A stretch of 64,000 nt of DNA from Marsupella aquatica (lineage: Eukaryota; Plantae; Marchantiophyta). The position numbers were made by a program, and so were the translations under genes. Under the pieces are notes generated by a model. The model searched no databases. It was given only the letters and a program-made list of their open reading frames with translations, and was not told the DNA's origin. Positions 51,101 to 63,000 of the stretch are shown piece by piece (within the stretch, counting starts at the first letter, position 1; each line of letters starts with the position of its first letter). The stretch spans positions 1,178,001 through 1,242,000 of the forward strand of contig OZ316896.1 of NCBI GenBank assembly GCA_973895155.1. The letters are read 5' to 3'.

Positions 51101-51468
51101 TACAACTGGGTTTGTATACACTCTTGGAGGAGGATGTATCAGTTGGAAATCTACCTTGCAGAAGTGCATTTCTCAGTCTACTACAGAAGTAGAGTATGTT
51201 GTAGCAGCAGAAGCTGCAAAGGAAGCAATTTGGTTGGATAAGTTGATCGCGGAGATGGGTTTAGAGCATGGAAAAATGACTCTAAACTGTGATAGTCAGA
51301 GTGCTCTTCACTTGGCTGCTAACCAGGTGATGGATAGCAGGGTGAAGCACATTGATATCAGGTACCATTTTATCAGGCAAGCAGTGTCTGATAAAACTTT
51401 TGAGCTAGTCAAGATTGATGGAAAGCTCAATCCCGCTGATGCCTTTACCAAAGTGATTCCTTTGGAAT
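48104..51468 (+). pseudogene. Copia gag-pol pseudogene
   Basis: VEKYDG..DY.LW (gag), CWNCGKTGHMKRNC knuckle, WILDSAC protease, LWHFR*GH, integrase HSDVWGP/RSDNGGE/QNGVSER, GYRLWD, RNaseH YVDSDY/KHIDIRYH/NPADAFTK. Stops at 48794, 49157 and 49613. Jumps from ELQSL to TRP at about 50894. Confidence 0.92.
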
Positions 51469-51936
51469 CACTATATTCATTAAAACTATACTTTTAAAAG
51501 TCCATAAGATGAACCCTAAAGTTATTTTTTTTCAGGCCAAATTTCTATTAAAGCATTCCCAAAAGCTAATTTTTTTCAGCCCAAATATACACTTTTGAAC
51601 GCCCAAAATTTTGTTTTTTTCACCCAAATGTTTAATAATAACTTAAATCATATATTCTAATTAATTTAAAAATTAGAGTAAATTTAATTTAGTCCAAAAA
51701 TCAGAGGCCAATACCACTCAGACCATCTATAAATTAAAAAATATAGATGGTCATAAATCAAGGGTCAAAATGAGATTGACCCACTATATAATTATTAAAT
51801 TGTCCAGTCCAGTGAGAGAGCCTCACACTAAGCATATATCCTAATTATTTACTTTATCCTACATGTTCAAAACATATCCTTTCAAGACATAATATGAATG
51901 TACAATTCAGGGTAGGCACTAGAGCAACCCTATCTC

Positions 51937-52992
51937 CTAATGATCAAGACAAAACTCATTTGAACAAGAAAGTCTGCTTCCAGATTTATCATAGCGGATG
52001 TCACGGTTGCAAGTATCTCTCGCATGGTGGTTCTTAAACTTATTGGTGAGATCCCTAGTTCTGAGAACTTTCCAAATAAAATGCCTTCTATTTTGTGTAT
52101 GAGGACCAGAATAGTTGTCTCCAAGTATTACGTTTGCAGTTTCTTCGATCTCATCCGTGGTCCACGTCTCCAGTGGTGGGTAATGCTGCACCTCATTCTT
52201 TCCGTCCCAAGGAATCTCTTCAGGAGTCACATCCAAGATGGTTCCAAACTCCCTATGGATACAACGACAATCTCCCCACTTCTGTTCCAAAAGAGCATAG
52301 ATGGCAGCATGATCCTCCTTGCTTGTTAATAAATTGAAAACAGACCACTTTGGATTGTTGACAGTGATATAATGTTGAACGCAGTAAGCCTTTCTCAATT
52401 TGCAAAGATACGGCCATAATATCTCGGGCAAAAAAGTGTCATTTGAAGCTGTGTGGGTAAATGGATTTGGAAACAATCCATTCACGTCATAATTCAAAAA
52501 TGCCTTCAATGGAGAATCATCAATAAGAACTGTATTAGAAGCATCATATTTTTCTGGAAAACGGTCCCAAATGGTTTGCAAATTCTTCAGAAGTAAATTG
52601 GCCTTCCCATCTGTTATATCTGGCCTTTGGATGCAACTATCAAAGGTATCTTCTTGAGTAAAGACAAACTTGAACTTCTGTCGCTCCTCCTCAGTGAAAA
52701 TCAACTCCATTAAGTCCATTGTTTTTGGCCTCCTTGCACAGGTCCAAATTGCGATGTCAAAAACCATGAAAGCTGCATATAGAAATTCGTGGAGGTATGG
52801 GCGCTCCACATACATGAAATTAAACCCTCCACGTCTCCCCCAGTGCACACCACGTAAACTTGTCTGATTTCGCCATGGTCCTGAGCTTCTGGTCTTAATG
52901 CAATCCCAACAAATCTTGTTAAGGTCAAGAACCAAGAGCTTTCGCCGGATCGGAGAGTGTAGTATTGGAGTGAATTCTGGAAACATTAACAT
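51937..52992 (-). CDS. FCP1/NIF-family HAD phosphatase-like protein (351 aa, intronless)
   Basis: KLLVLDLN, RPYLHEFL, DIAIWT, FVFTQEDT, KNLQTIW, SNTVLIDDSPLK are NIF-domain motifs, with a DxN variant of the DxDxT motif. Confidence 0.82.
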   Translation of the reverse strand: MLMFPEFTPILHSPIRRKLLVLDLNKICWDCIKTRSSGPWRNQTSLRGVHWGRRGGFNFMYVERPYLHEFLYAAFMVFDIAIWTCARRPKTMDLMELIFTEEERQKFKFVFTQEDTFDSCIQRPDITDGKANLLLKNLQTIWDRFPEKYDASNTVLIDDSPLKAFLNYDVNGLFPNPFTHTASNDTFLPEILWPYLCKLRKAYCVQHYITVNNPKWSVFNLLTSKEDHAAIYALLEQKWGDCRCIHREFGTILDVTPEEIPWDGKNEVQHYPPLETWTTDEIEETANVILGDNYSGPHTQNRRHFIWKVLRTRDLTNKFKNHHARDTCNRDIRYDKSGSRLSCSNEFCLDH

Positions 52993-53330
52993 AAGCCCTT
53001 AGTCAATGCGACTCAAAGTTTAAACAATTACTACGGAGGAAAATTCTCAAAATTTGAAATCAAACAAACTTTGTTATAGCATTTGAAGTAGAGAGGAACG
53101 ACCCTGGGGCGACCCTCCTAGAAAAACATTAATTACATTCAATTGCCATTTTTTAGATCCAAAGTATACTTGGGTCAAACCCTTCCTCCACAGCAACGCT
53201 TTCCGAGGGAATGCCAACAAAATCCTTTGAGGAAGGAGATTCTACGACGGAACTTTGGTCTGTAAAAAAATATATTATTACAAAGATAAAGCTTAGATTG
53301 TTATTAAAATACCAAGAACCAAAGAAAGGG

Positions 53331-56300
53331 CTAATAATTTCCAATGCTAAAATGCCCAAATTCATCTATTGTTTGATCACCTAGAACACTCTGTATCTCG
53401 GAATTGATACCACTGGGAAGTTGCTCTTCAAAGGATGGGGGTGCAAAAACTGGGCTCAGTCTCAAGTTCAGTTTTTTGTAATCTGATTTTGCCATTATCT
53501 TTGGAGCATTGTCTAGTGATTCTATCATTCCAACCTTTGGTCCATTTCTCCATATAAAATGAGTTGCAGGACGGACTGTTTTCATATATCCAGTCCTGCC
53601 GATCTCGGATCCAGAATTTAGTGAAAATGATAATACTACGGGGCTTCCTGTAGAAGCACTTGTAAAAACCAATTTAGTCTCTGATGAGCAATATAGAGGA
53701 GACAGGGGAGGATTTGAAGCACCTGCCTTCTCTTCTTCATTTGCAGCGGTCTCAAGTACTTGACGATCATCCTCCTTTGCAAGCACAATGTCTGACATTT
53801 CTCCCAATTCTACTGCGTCAATATTGCCTAGACCATCTGCGGTTGCCTTCCAATGTGCGTCCGATGTGGACGATGTAAGATCTGGGTCCGATTGGTGCAT
53901 CCAATTCTCTACACCGGCAAAGGGATTTCTTGGTGGGTCGCCATCAGGTCGACCCACAACATCAGCCAACCCCACACCAAAGTAGGGAATACCTACCACT
54001 TGTGTTCCACGTTCATCCAAATTTCGGGTGACCCTGTCGTCTGTGTCGTGACCCAATTCTCCTTCCTCAATATCATCTTCGCCCTGGTCTACGCCTTCTT
54101 TGGCACCAACATGCTCGGAAACCCCATCGCGGGCTCTACCAAATTTGGAACCGCCCATCCGGTCACTCATTATGGAAGGAACTTTCTCGCAAAGAACCCT
54201 TCCATATGCCGAAGTGAAATCATATTCATCCTCAGTGTCTGAATACGCAAAGCATTCTCTGAAACACAACAATGACACCTTCATAACCTGTCCTCCCGAG
54301 AAAAAGTCAAGTATAGTCTCCCCTTCAGCCGAAAAAAATTCAATAATACTCTGCAGCATACATTTTGGCTTAGCGTGAATATTCACAAAGCCACCTCTAC
54401 TTCCCACCATCTCAAACATGGGAGCCTTTTGTAAGAAATCTCCAATGTGAAATGCCAAAGTTGACTCAGTCTCTGTCTCCTTACTTGTCTTACTCTTATT
54501 CTTATCTCGCTTCTCCGTCTTGTCTTCCACTTGGAAATCAGGGTCGATCGCCGAATTGTAAGAAAATTGGCAATTAAATCCAGGCCTGAACACTTGCTTC
54601 CAATCAAATTTCTCCTCAGTGGTGATTCCTGCAAAGATTATCTCCTCCATACCACAACTGAAAAGTAAGCCCTCTGGAACTGGTGTATCACTCCGTCGAT
54701 AGCTCCCGTAGTCGACGTGGATGTCCATTCCCTTTTCATGTTGCAATTTCCTAAGGGCACTCAAAATGTTTGCAGCAAGTGGCCCCGGATGCACAGTCAT
54801 GACAACAACAATTGTTGGATTTCTTGGAAGATCCACAATGTATTGCAGTAATGCAATAATTTCAGCATCGGTCCAAACATGTTGTCGGAGCCTACTGAAG
54901 TCAACAATGGCAAGAGGACACAAAGGCGAAGGCTCTTGTAGCATTTCCGGCACGGTCGTCTTCATCAAATTCTCACTAAAAAATGTCAAGAAAGGCTCCG
55001 TGCGAGAACGACCAATCCCACCAAATTCTTTACAATACAACCCATCTAGTCTGACCATCAGACTTTGTGGGAAACTCTCCTTGACCACATTCTTCTTCAA
55101 TGAATTGTTGAGGTAAACCTCACCCGCTGCTCTCCTCAATTTTGTCATCTCAAGCTCAGATTTCAAGGAAGGCAACAATATCACCAGAGACTCCCAAGAT
55201 GTGCCAACAGGAAACTTCTCACGATACTTTTCCACGAAATAGCCAATAATGACTGTTCTCAATTTGGACATTATCTTGATTGTAAGGGCCAAGTCTCCCA
55301 TTGCGACAAGCTCTGATTTGTTGGTGATATCCTTCTTCAGCAAGACACGCTCCTCTTCAACGTCCTTCAAGATCTCAATTATCTGTTTGCTACTAATCTC
55401 TCCTTCAAAGCATCGAAAGGTACCGGGAGTGATCAATTTTTGGGGTCTTGGCCCTCCATACCCACCAGCCCCGTCTTGGAGCTTCCCACTCAACCATTTT
55501 TCACACACGTTCCGCCATAATTCAAAGAGCTCATCTTCGGCAAAAAGTAACCAATAAATGCTCTTTAGGCTTGACTTCCCCATTGTAACCTTTGCCAGGG
55601 CAAACCAATCCTGCATATCCAATGGACTTGACATTAGTTTCAGGGTACAATGCATATGTTAGAAAATTTATACCTATGTTTGAAACAGGCTAAGCCGCCT
55701 CGCCCCAAGGGCGTGGCGAACCTCTACATCTAACCGCAATTGACTGAAACAGAACTAGGGAATTATTCTTAGAGAGACTAGTCTAGGTTGCCTCGCCCTG
55801 AGGGCGAGGCAACATTTGCTTTAATCTTCTAACCAAGGAAAACAAGAAAAGGCAGCCTCGCCCTTGGGGCGAGGCAAACCTCTACCATTGACAATCTTTA
55901 AACAAAGGGGATCAAGAATAGTTTGCGTTGCTCCAATATGTACCTGATAGTTTTTCCTGTCTGTATTTTGATTGGTCCCAATCCCTGGACGCGGCGGTTT
56001 CCCGCACTCCTCAAACTGCCTTCGTGCATGAACAATAGTCTCTAAAAAACAAGACTTAAATTGCATAGTATCATTGACAGCATTCGATAAACTTGAATGC
56101 TCAACCAAAATTGTCTTCGGAGTGAGGTCAGATAGGATCCTTGCTTTCCTATACTTTAGTTTGTTGGCAAGATCTGTCAGCTTGGCGTCAGTCTCGGCCC
56201 ACCCTTGGATCCATTGGGCAGCTCTTGCAGAATGCTGGCCACTGATGGCAAGGAATTGGATCTCATGCTTCTTCACACCAATCAAAAACTCTTTCCTATC

Positions 56301-58471
56301 CTGAAGTGTGTTGTCATAATGAAGCAACTGTTTAGTGCTCTCGCGATACGGAATCAAATCAGCAACTTGTGGTTCCTGTCCAGGGTTTTTCATCATAGAC
56401 TTTGATATCTCCATTGCATGCGAAAGATTGAACATTCGATATACAAAAACGGCCGATGGCGGATTAATACTTTTTACAGGAATATCAAAAACTTCGCGGA
56501 TGCCAAAAGTATAATACTGCTCAATATTACGCAAAACCTCTTGGCCTTTGAGCACATCATCTTCTTTGGGTCCTTCTATCGGACACATATCATCCTCTGG
56601 ATGCAAGACAAAGTTTGAAGTTGACCCTGACATTGGTTTTGATTTCGCAACCTTTGCCTTCTTTGTCTACTTTTTTTGGGGGCCCTCATCATCTTCATTT
56701 TTTTAGCCATCTTCTTACGGCGTGAACTCCCAGATTGTTTCTCTTGTTGAACAACCGGCTCTTGAAGCTTTTGTTTCTTCTCTGTCTTTGATTGCGCACT
56801 TCTTTCCACTGTCTTCTTTCTCTCCTTTGCCTTATGCTTTGCTTCTTTTTTCTTCATCTCTGAAATCCACGTCCGGCACGCGGCCTCTTGAAACTCTGGA
56901 CAAAAAATGAAACTCTTGTCGATTGCTTGCTCGTATGAAAAATGTGCCTTATCAATCATCCTTTGAACTATCCAAGTAGACGGAGGGTCCACACTGTCCG
57001 CATTGTCATGCATGTGCTTCTTTACATAGAGAAATCCAAACACTAGGTCAACTCCACTTATTTGAGAACGCGTCTTCTCAAACATCTGATCAATTGTTAC
57101 TCCATCTGGGAAGAATCCCATATTAGCTACGCTGATCTCCAATCGAGCCATCCACTCAACATTCAGTAAAGTCGAGTAGAGTTTTATTGGCACTAGAAGT
57201 CTCATCCACTGAGATTTCTCATTGGACTCAACAATAATCGTTGCATTGCAGTTGTTGTCCGTGTTCACAAGGACGACTGGACCTAGAGTAACAATTGTCT
57301 TGCGGTCATTCAATTGACTTGTGAGGCCCTTGAAACAAATCAAGAGACTGCCTTCCGCCGACACCCCAACTTCTAGTGCCCATCTAAATCCTGGAGTATC
57401 TTGGTCAGGGAAAACAAAGTCCTTGATATCCTCGTCCATAATATTTAACTCCGGCTTCTCAAGATTTTTTCCTGGTAAGAAACATTGAAAACAAAATGGT
57501 CAGCATCATATTTTTAACATTGACATGTGGAAAACTTTCAAGGTGCCTCGCCCTTGGGGCGAGGCGACAAATAGAAGATTGCAAAATCTTCTTTGCTCCT
57601 AGTGCAATTAGCCCTGCCACCTCATCCAAGCAATCAAACATTATTTAGGAATGCAGACGACATCGCCTCGCCCCAAGGGCGAGGCAACTTCTAGGAAAGC
57701 AAACAACATTTAGGAATGCAGACAACATCACCTCGCCCCAAGGGCGAGGCAACTTCTGGAAAGCAGACAACATTTAGGAATGCAGAGGACATCGCCTCGC
57801 CCCAAGGGCGAGGCAAATTCTGGAAAGCAGACAACATTTAGGAATGCAGAGGACATCGCCTCGCCCCAAGGGCGAGGCAACTTCTGGGAAAGCAGACAAC
57901 ATTTAGGAATGTAGAGGACATCGCCTCGCCCCAAGGGCGAGGCAACTTCTGGGAATGCAAACAACATTTAGGAATGCAGATAACATCGCCTCGCCCCAAG
58001 GGCGAGGCAACTTCTGGGAATGCAGACTACATTTGAGGAATGCAAACGACATCGCCTCGCCCCAAGAGCGAGGCAAAAAATAGAATATAGCTAAAGATCC
58101 TTTATTAATGTAAGATACAAGGTCCAATACGCCTTCGGAGCAACAAGAAATCTAGAATGAAGTAGACGTTGCCTCGACCTTGGGGCGAGGCGACTGCAAA
58201 GGAATATAGAAATTTTCCTAATAAGAAGTTTGAAATCCAAATTAAAGTAAAGTTGCCTCGCCCTTAGGGCGAGGCAAGAAGTTGAAGCAGGTGGTGCCTT
58301 ACGTGGAAAAGTTAACTGGGCTTTCTTTGACGCCTCCAACGCATTGTTAACAAATTTTTGGACATCCGGGTCTTCAGGGTCATATTCATACAGAGAGTTA
58401 TAATTGAAGTTCAATGACTCTTGAGAACTGGCGGAGGTGGTGGAAGCTTCAGAACTGGAGGAAGTAGACAT
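53331..58471 (-). pseudogene. Spliced gene for a ParB-like plus degenerate N6/N4 DNA-methyltransferase-fold protein; exons about 58471-58303, 57471-55944 and 55610-53331
   Basis: Phase-compatible GT-AG introns at 57472-58302 (FP c|ga KN) and 55611-55943 (NYQ|DWF). ParB-like: VFDIPVKSINPP...YR.FN..HA..I...M...FLAISGQHSARAA (about 56200-56500). MTase-like: PLAIVDF...HAKPKCMLQSIIEFFSAEGETILDFFSGG...RECFAYSD..EY (about 54220-54920). Frameshift plus TAG near 56670-56705. Confidence 0.62.
57637..58075. repeat. Intronic tandem array, 7 x 64-66 bp, each with palindrome GCCTCGCCC-CAA-GGGCGAGGC
   Basis: Cores start at 57665, 57730, 57794, 57858, 57923, 57988 and 58054. Additional solo cores at 55697, 55790, 55855, 57545, 58171 and 58255. 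Confidence 0.95.
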
Positions 58472-59636
58472 TGTAAGGGGCGAGTGAGATTTAAGATGAC
58501 ACATGGCAGCAATGGAGAATGCCACAGGCTGCAAGAGGGCACTAACAGGCAAACAATGATCGAGGGAGCGACCCAAAAGGGAAGGGAGCAAGGCGGAAAT
58601 AAAAGCCTTAGAGCGAGGCGGAAAACAAATCCCAAGAGCGAGGCAAAAACAAAAGCCCTAGAGCGAGGCAAGAGGGAGGCAAGGAGTGAGGAGACGAGAG
58701 AGGAGGCAAGAGGGAGGCAAGGAAATGAGGCCTCAAGCGCAAGGCCTGCCTTCCTATACCCCCTGCAAGCGAGGAGTCCAAGGAGGCAAGGATCTGAGAG
58801 GGTACGGAGGCATCAATGCGCGCCAATGATGGAGACCCTCCTCGGTGCATGTGATCGTGAGTCACCGATGGTGTGACCACTCACGACCACTCGCGACTCA
58901 CCTACCAATTTTAAACTTTCGAGCTGTCAGCGGTGTGTGCTCGCAACTCACCTATCACTCGACGTGAGTGATTGGCTGACACCCTATCCGATGTCTACTT
59001 GTGTGCTGGGTGCGTGCCTCATCCACCCGTGCCCGATCTGTTGGTGTCCACTCGTGTGCTGGGTAATGTGTGGGCTTTTTGCCTCTCAAACTGAGTATAG
59101 ACCTCCCACAATCCATTTTTTGGTTCATTGTCATTTAGACAGTGATTGGTACGATCATTGACTCTCCTCTGTCCGAGTGCCTTGTTTAGGTCCGCATGGT
59201 TGAATGCAAGGTTTAGTAAGGGCACTAGTGAGCACTGTGGTGCTAAGAGTTACAATGCTGGCATCCAAGGTACCCATTTAACTTGTACAAGGGTGGACAG
59301 AGATATATTGCGGAGCAGGTTAGTGATTTTATTTATTTATCTTAGAAGTACTAGCTCAACTACATCTAATTCAATACCTTTAAGCCAAACCTAGATTAAG
59401 ATTTACACATTAGGTTCTAGATCATATATTTTACTCATTCTAGACCTTTATCCACAGTCTAGCATGTGTAGAACTTACTGTACCCCTTTATGTGATTACT
59501 AACATAGTTTCTAGAAGTGGGTCGGAATTATTTCGTGCCGACCTGACTATGTCATCTTAACTAGCATTTTAAACTGGTATATAAAAGCATAAGCAAGATA
59601 GTTTCACAAATAGTTTTGACATAATTTCAACTTAAT

Positions 59637-59965
59637 AGTTGGAGTAGGGTCGAAATAATTCCGACCCAACTTATCAATGTTTAGTCAATTAAATCATTTT
59701 AAGACATATTGTTGGAGGAGGGTCGAAATAATTCCGACCCGACTTGTAAATGTTTAGTCAATTCAATCATTTTAAGACATATTGTTGGAGGAGGGTCGAA
59801 ATAATTCTGACCCAACTTGTAAATGTTTAGTCAATTCAATCATTTCAAGACATATTGTTGGAGGAGGGTCGAAATAATTCCGACCCGACTTGTAAATGTT
59901 TAGTCAATTCAATCATTTCAAGACATAATGTTGGAGGAGGGTCGAAATAATTCCGACCCGACTTG
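59637..59965. repeat. Tandem array, about 4.5 x 73 bp, each with near-palindrome GGGTCGAAA-TAA-TTCCGACCC
   Basis: Cores start at 59647, 59720, 59793, 59866 and 59939. A partial inverted copy lies at about 59519. Confidence 0.93.
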
Positions 59966-60091
59966 AATGTATTTAGGGTTTTGAGTGATTTTACAATATT
60001 TTTTGGAGGAGAGTCCAGATTTTGAAACATGATTGTAACATGGGGAACTTAACAATTTCTAACTTTATTTGAATACAGATAGTCCGCTATC

Positions 60092-63000
60092 ATGATCAAT
60101 TTTACACGAGGGGATGAAGTGTCATTGGTGATCGATGGATTTGAAACGGCAATTGGGATAGTTCAAAAGGTTGACCCCCAGGATACTATACAGAACATTT
60201 GTCTAGGGGACAATCGAATTGGGGTATTGATCGAAAAGTGTTTTGATGGATCGCATCAACTTCCATTTCCTTCGCCCAAATTTTCTACATTGGCTGAGGC
60301 AATTGACTCCTGCGTGATTTGGGATTGTGCATTGGCATACTTGAGGTCATCAACTCAGCGCCGAAGAATCAATGTCGATGATTTCTCTTTGGCTGGAGAT
60401 GCTGGAAATGATAAATCCAAAATTGATGCAAGGGTTGAAGAGGAAGTGTTCAAGGAAGGAGATGAAGTTCAGATGTTCATTTTTGATCAGTTGGTTGCAA
60501 ATGGAGTCGTTTTCAAGACAAATCCGATGGATATTTGTCATACTGAAACACTCGGGGTTGGTCGCATCAGTATAAGAATATCTGATATTGTTAAGGGAAA
60601 TCAAAAATTACCATACTCGCACCCTGGAGCTGATACAATAGAAGAGGCCTTGCATACCTGGGTTATCTGGGATGTTGCGCATGTTTCTAGAAAGGGGACT
60701 CTACGAGATTTTGGCGTGTTTGGTAGTTCAAATATTTTCAATGATCTTCCATTAAAAGATTTTACACTACGTTCCAACTGGATGGCGGAGGAGGTTGATT
60801 TGTATGATGCTTCTCGTTGTCGAAAGGTTGCAACAGGTGTTATCACGGTCCCATTTGAAATAGGTGCCGTTGACGATGAACTTCTTGGTGCAGATCATGT
60901 TGGTGTTGCTGTTGTGAATATCAATGAACCCGGATTATTTCCAAATATCCGTGTTGGTACCCCTGGCTTGGTGAGGTGGGAAATCAAATCCCTTCTATTG
61001 ATTTCGTCTCAAAGGTTTCTTGGGGATATCCTTGAGGAAGTTTCAGAGAAGTGGATGGAGTCGGGTCGAACTAAGGGCGATCCGGATTCGGATGGTGATG
61101 GTAAACCTACAAAAAGACCATACAATTTCATTAGGAGGACAAAAGTTGATCTTGAGGAGAGGAAGAAAAGGCATTTGGAGTCGAGGGCACTTTTGAAAAT
61201 TAACGAGGAGTCCATTGATTCCATCCAAAGAGAAGGTTGTTGCAAGCTGAAGTGTTGCTTGAACATGCCCAGGGAGGACTTAGAGGCAATGAGGAGGGAA
61301 TACCATGGAATGTCAAGTGACAACAAAACAAGTCACATCTTTAGTCTCTTTGGGTGTAGAGAGGAGCAAGTCAAGAGAAAGGGATTTTTTGTTCTAAAGG
61401 GACGTGTGGTTTGTAAAGATGCATTTATTAAAATGCATGGGTTCAGTACAACAAAGTACTATGACTACAAAAATCAATACGAAGCTGGTTGCACAATTGG
61501 TTTCCATGGAAATCAGGGACAACGGAAGACACGATCAAGCACTTTGCACGCTCGCGCCTTGTTGGAGTCCATTTTAATCCAAAATGGGGAACCAATGCCA
61601 CATCTTCCCTATGGTGGGTCCAACGGCACTGACACTATTGAATATCGGCTCCCATCTTGTTTTACTAAGAAGGAGATTTTCCAAGAGGTGTTTACCAAGA
61701 TGAAATTAGATGGGTTTGCTAAGGTTACTGAAGTTACTATGTACAACATCTGGAAAAACTCATTTGATAATTTTGACTTTCACAAGGGAAGTGCATTTGC
61801 CAAGTGCACATTTTGCACTGAGTTCAAAGATCAATTGATGCGGGAGAAGAGAAAAAAAGAGCGTGCAGAGATTGAAGAGAAAAGAACGCGACATCTTCGT
61901 GAACAAATGTCAAGAAGATATGTTTACTATGCTCATAGGGTTCTTGCAAAGAAGGATCCTCAAAACTATCTTTGCATTATTCACGATAAGATGGATCAAG
62001 CCAAGACTTGGATCCCCAGGTTGGTCCCCACTCCAAAATCCCTCTCTGGTAGTGGTCAGCCTTTGCCTATTGCTCTTACTGGGATGTTCACCCATGGAAG
62101 AGATCCTGGAGTGTATGCACATTTCAGTTTAACTGGACTTTGGCTTGGAGATGCAGACTTTACCGTGACATCTTTGGCCAAATGCCTCCGAGATTTGGAA
62201 GATTACACAGGAGACAAAACTGGAGACCTTCTTGAGGGATTGAATTAGAATGCAACTAGGCCAATATTTCAGTCCCTTCTAGACTTTGAAGCATTTCTGG
62301 CCGGTTACTTGGAACCCAAAAATGTTTCAATTGTTTGATTTCAAGGCATTGAAGATGGTCAGGAGACTAAAAAGTCAAGCACAGTGGATGTTGGTTCTAA
62401 GGATGATCCTGAGACTACTAGGGGCTCTTTCAAGCCCTTACCAAGGCACCTAATGTTGCAGATGGACAATTCAGGGAAAGATAACAAAAATCAATATGTG
62501 ATGGCATTTTGCACTGAGCTTGTTAGCAGGGGGTGTTTGAAACTGTGCAAATGTCATTCCTCATGGTTGGCCACACCCATGAAGACGTGGATGCATTATT
62601 TTCTCAAGTATCCAAACAGGTCAGATACAAAGAGGTTGCTACCCTCTTGGGGTTGATGGCTGAGGTTTGGGAGTGTGAAAGCATTCATCCTGTACCACGA
62701 TTGATTCAAGAGGTTGCATCTTACAAGGAGTATTTGAAAACGTTCCAGGTGAAAGAGATAGAAGGTCACTCAAGACCAGTGGCATTTATTTTCTCCATGA
62801 GGGATAATGTGCCAGTGTATCAATATAAAGCACATGTCAAGCAACCTTGGCTTCCGGCAATGGGGAGGTCCATTTGGAGAACTGATCCCATCACAAATGC
62901 GCTCATTTTACCGGAAGGCCAACCATTTGCAAAACCTATATCTGGGGATGTACAAAAGAAGGCTGGAGAAATCATCCCATTCCTTAATCGCTATATTGAT

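Larger units (their letters stand above)
46246..51468 (+). mobile_element. Ty1/Copia LTR retrotransposon with most of RT deleted and the 3' end interrupted
   Basis: LTR-PBS, about 1.5 kb leader, gag, protease, integrase and RNaseH. Homology to the other Copia copy stops at VIPLES (about 51468). No PPT or 3' LTR in the window. Confidence 0.93.

Noticed and set aside
57637-58075. Palindromic repeats at CRISPR-like spacing
   Set aside because: The sequences between palindromes are near-identical rather than unique spacers, there are no cas genes, and the context is a eukaryotic intron.
57728-58127. ORFs with repeated SPLGRGD / LPRPWGEA peptides
   Set aside because: Translation by-products of the intronic tandem array.
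59637-59965. Second CRISPR-like array
   Set aside because: The whole 73-bp unit is repeated, so there are no variable spacers.
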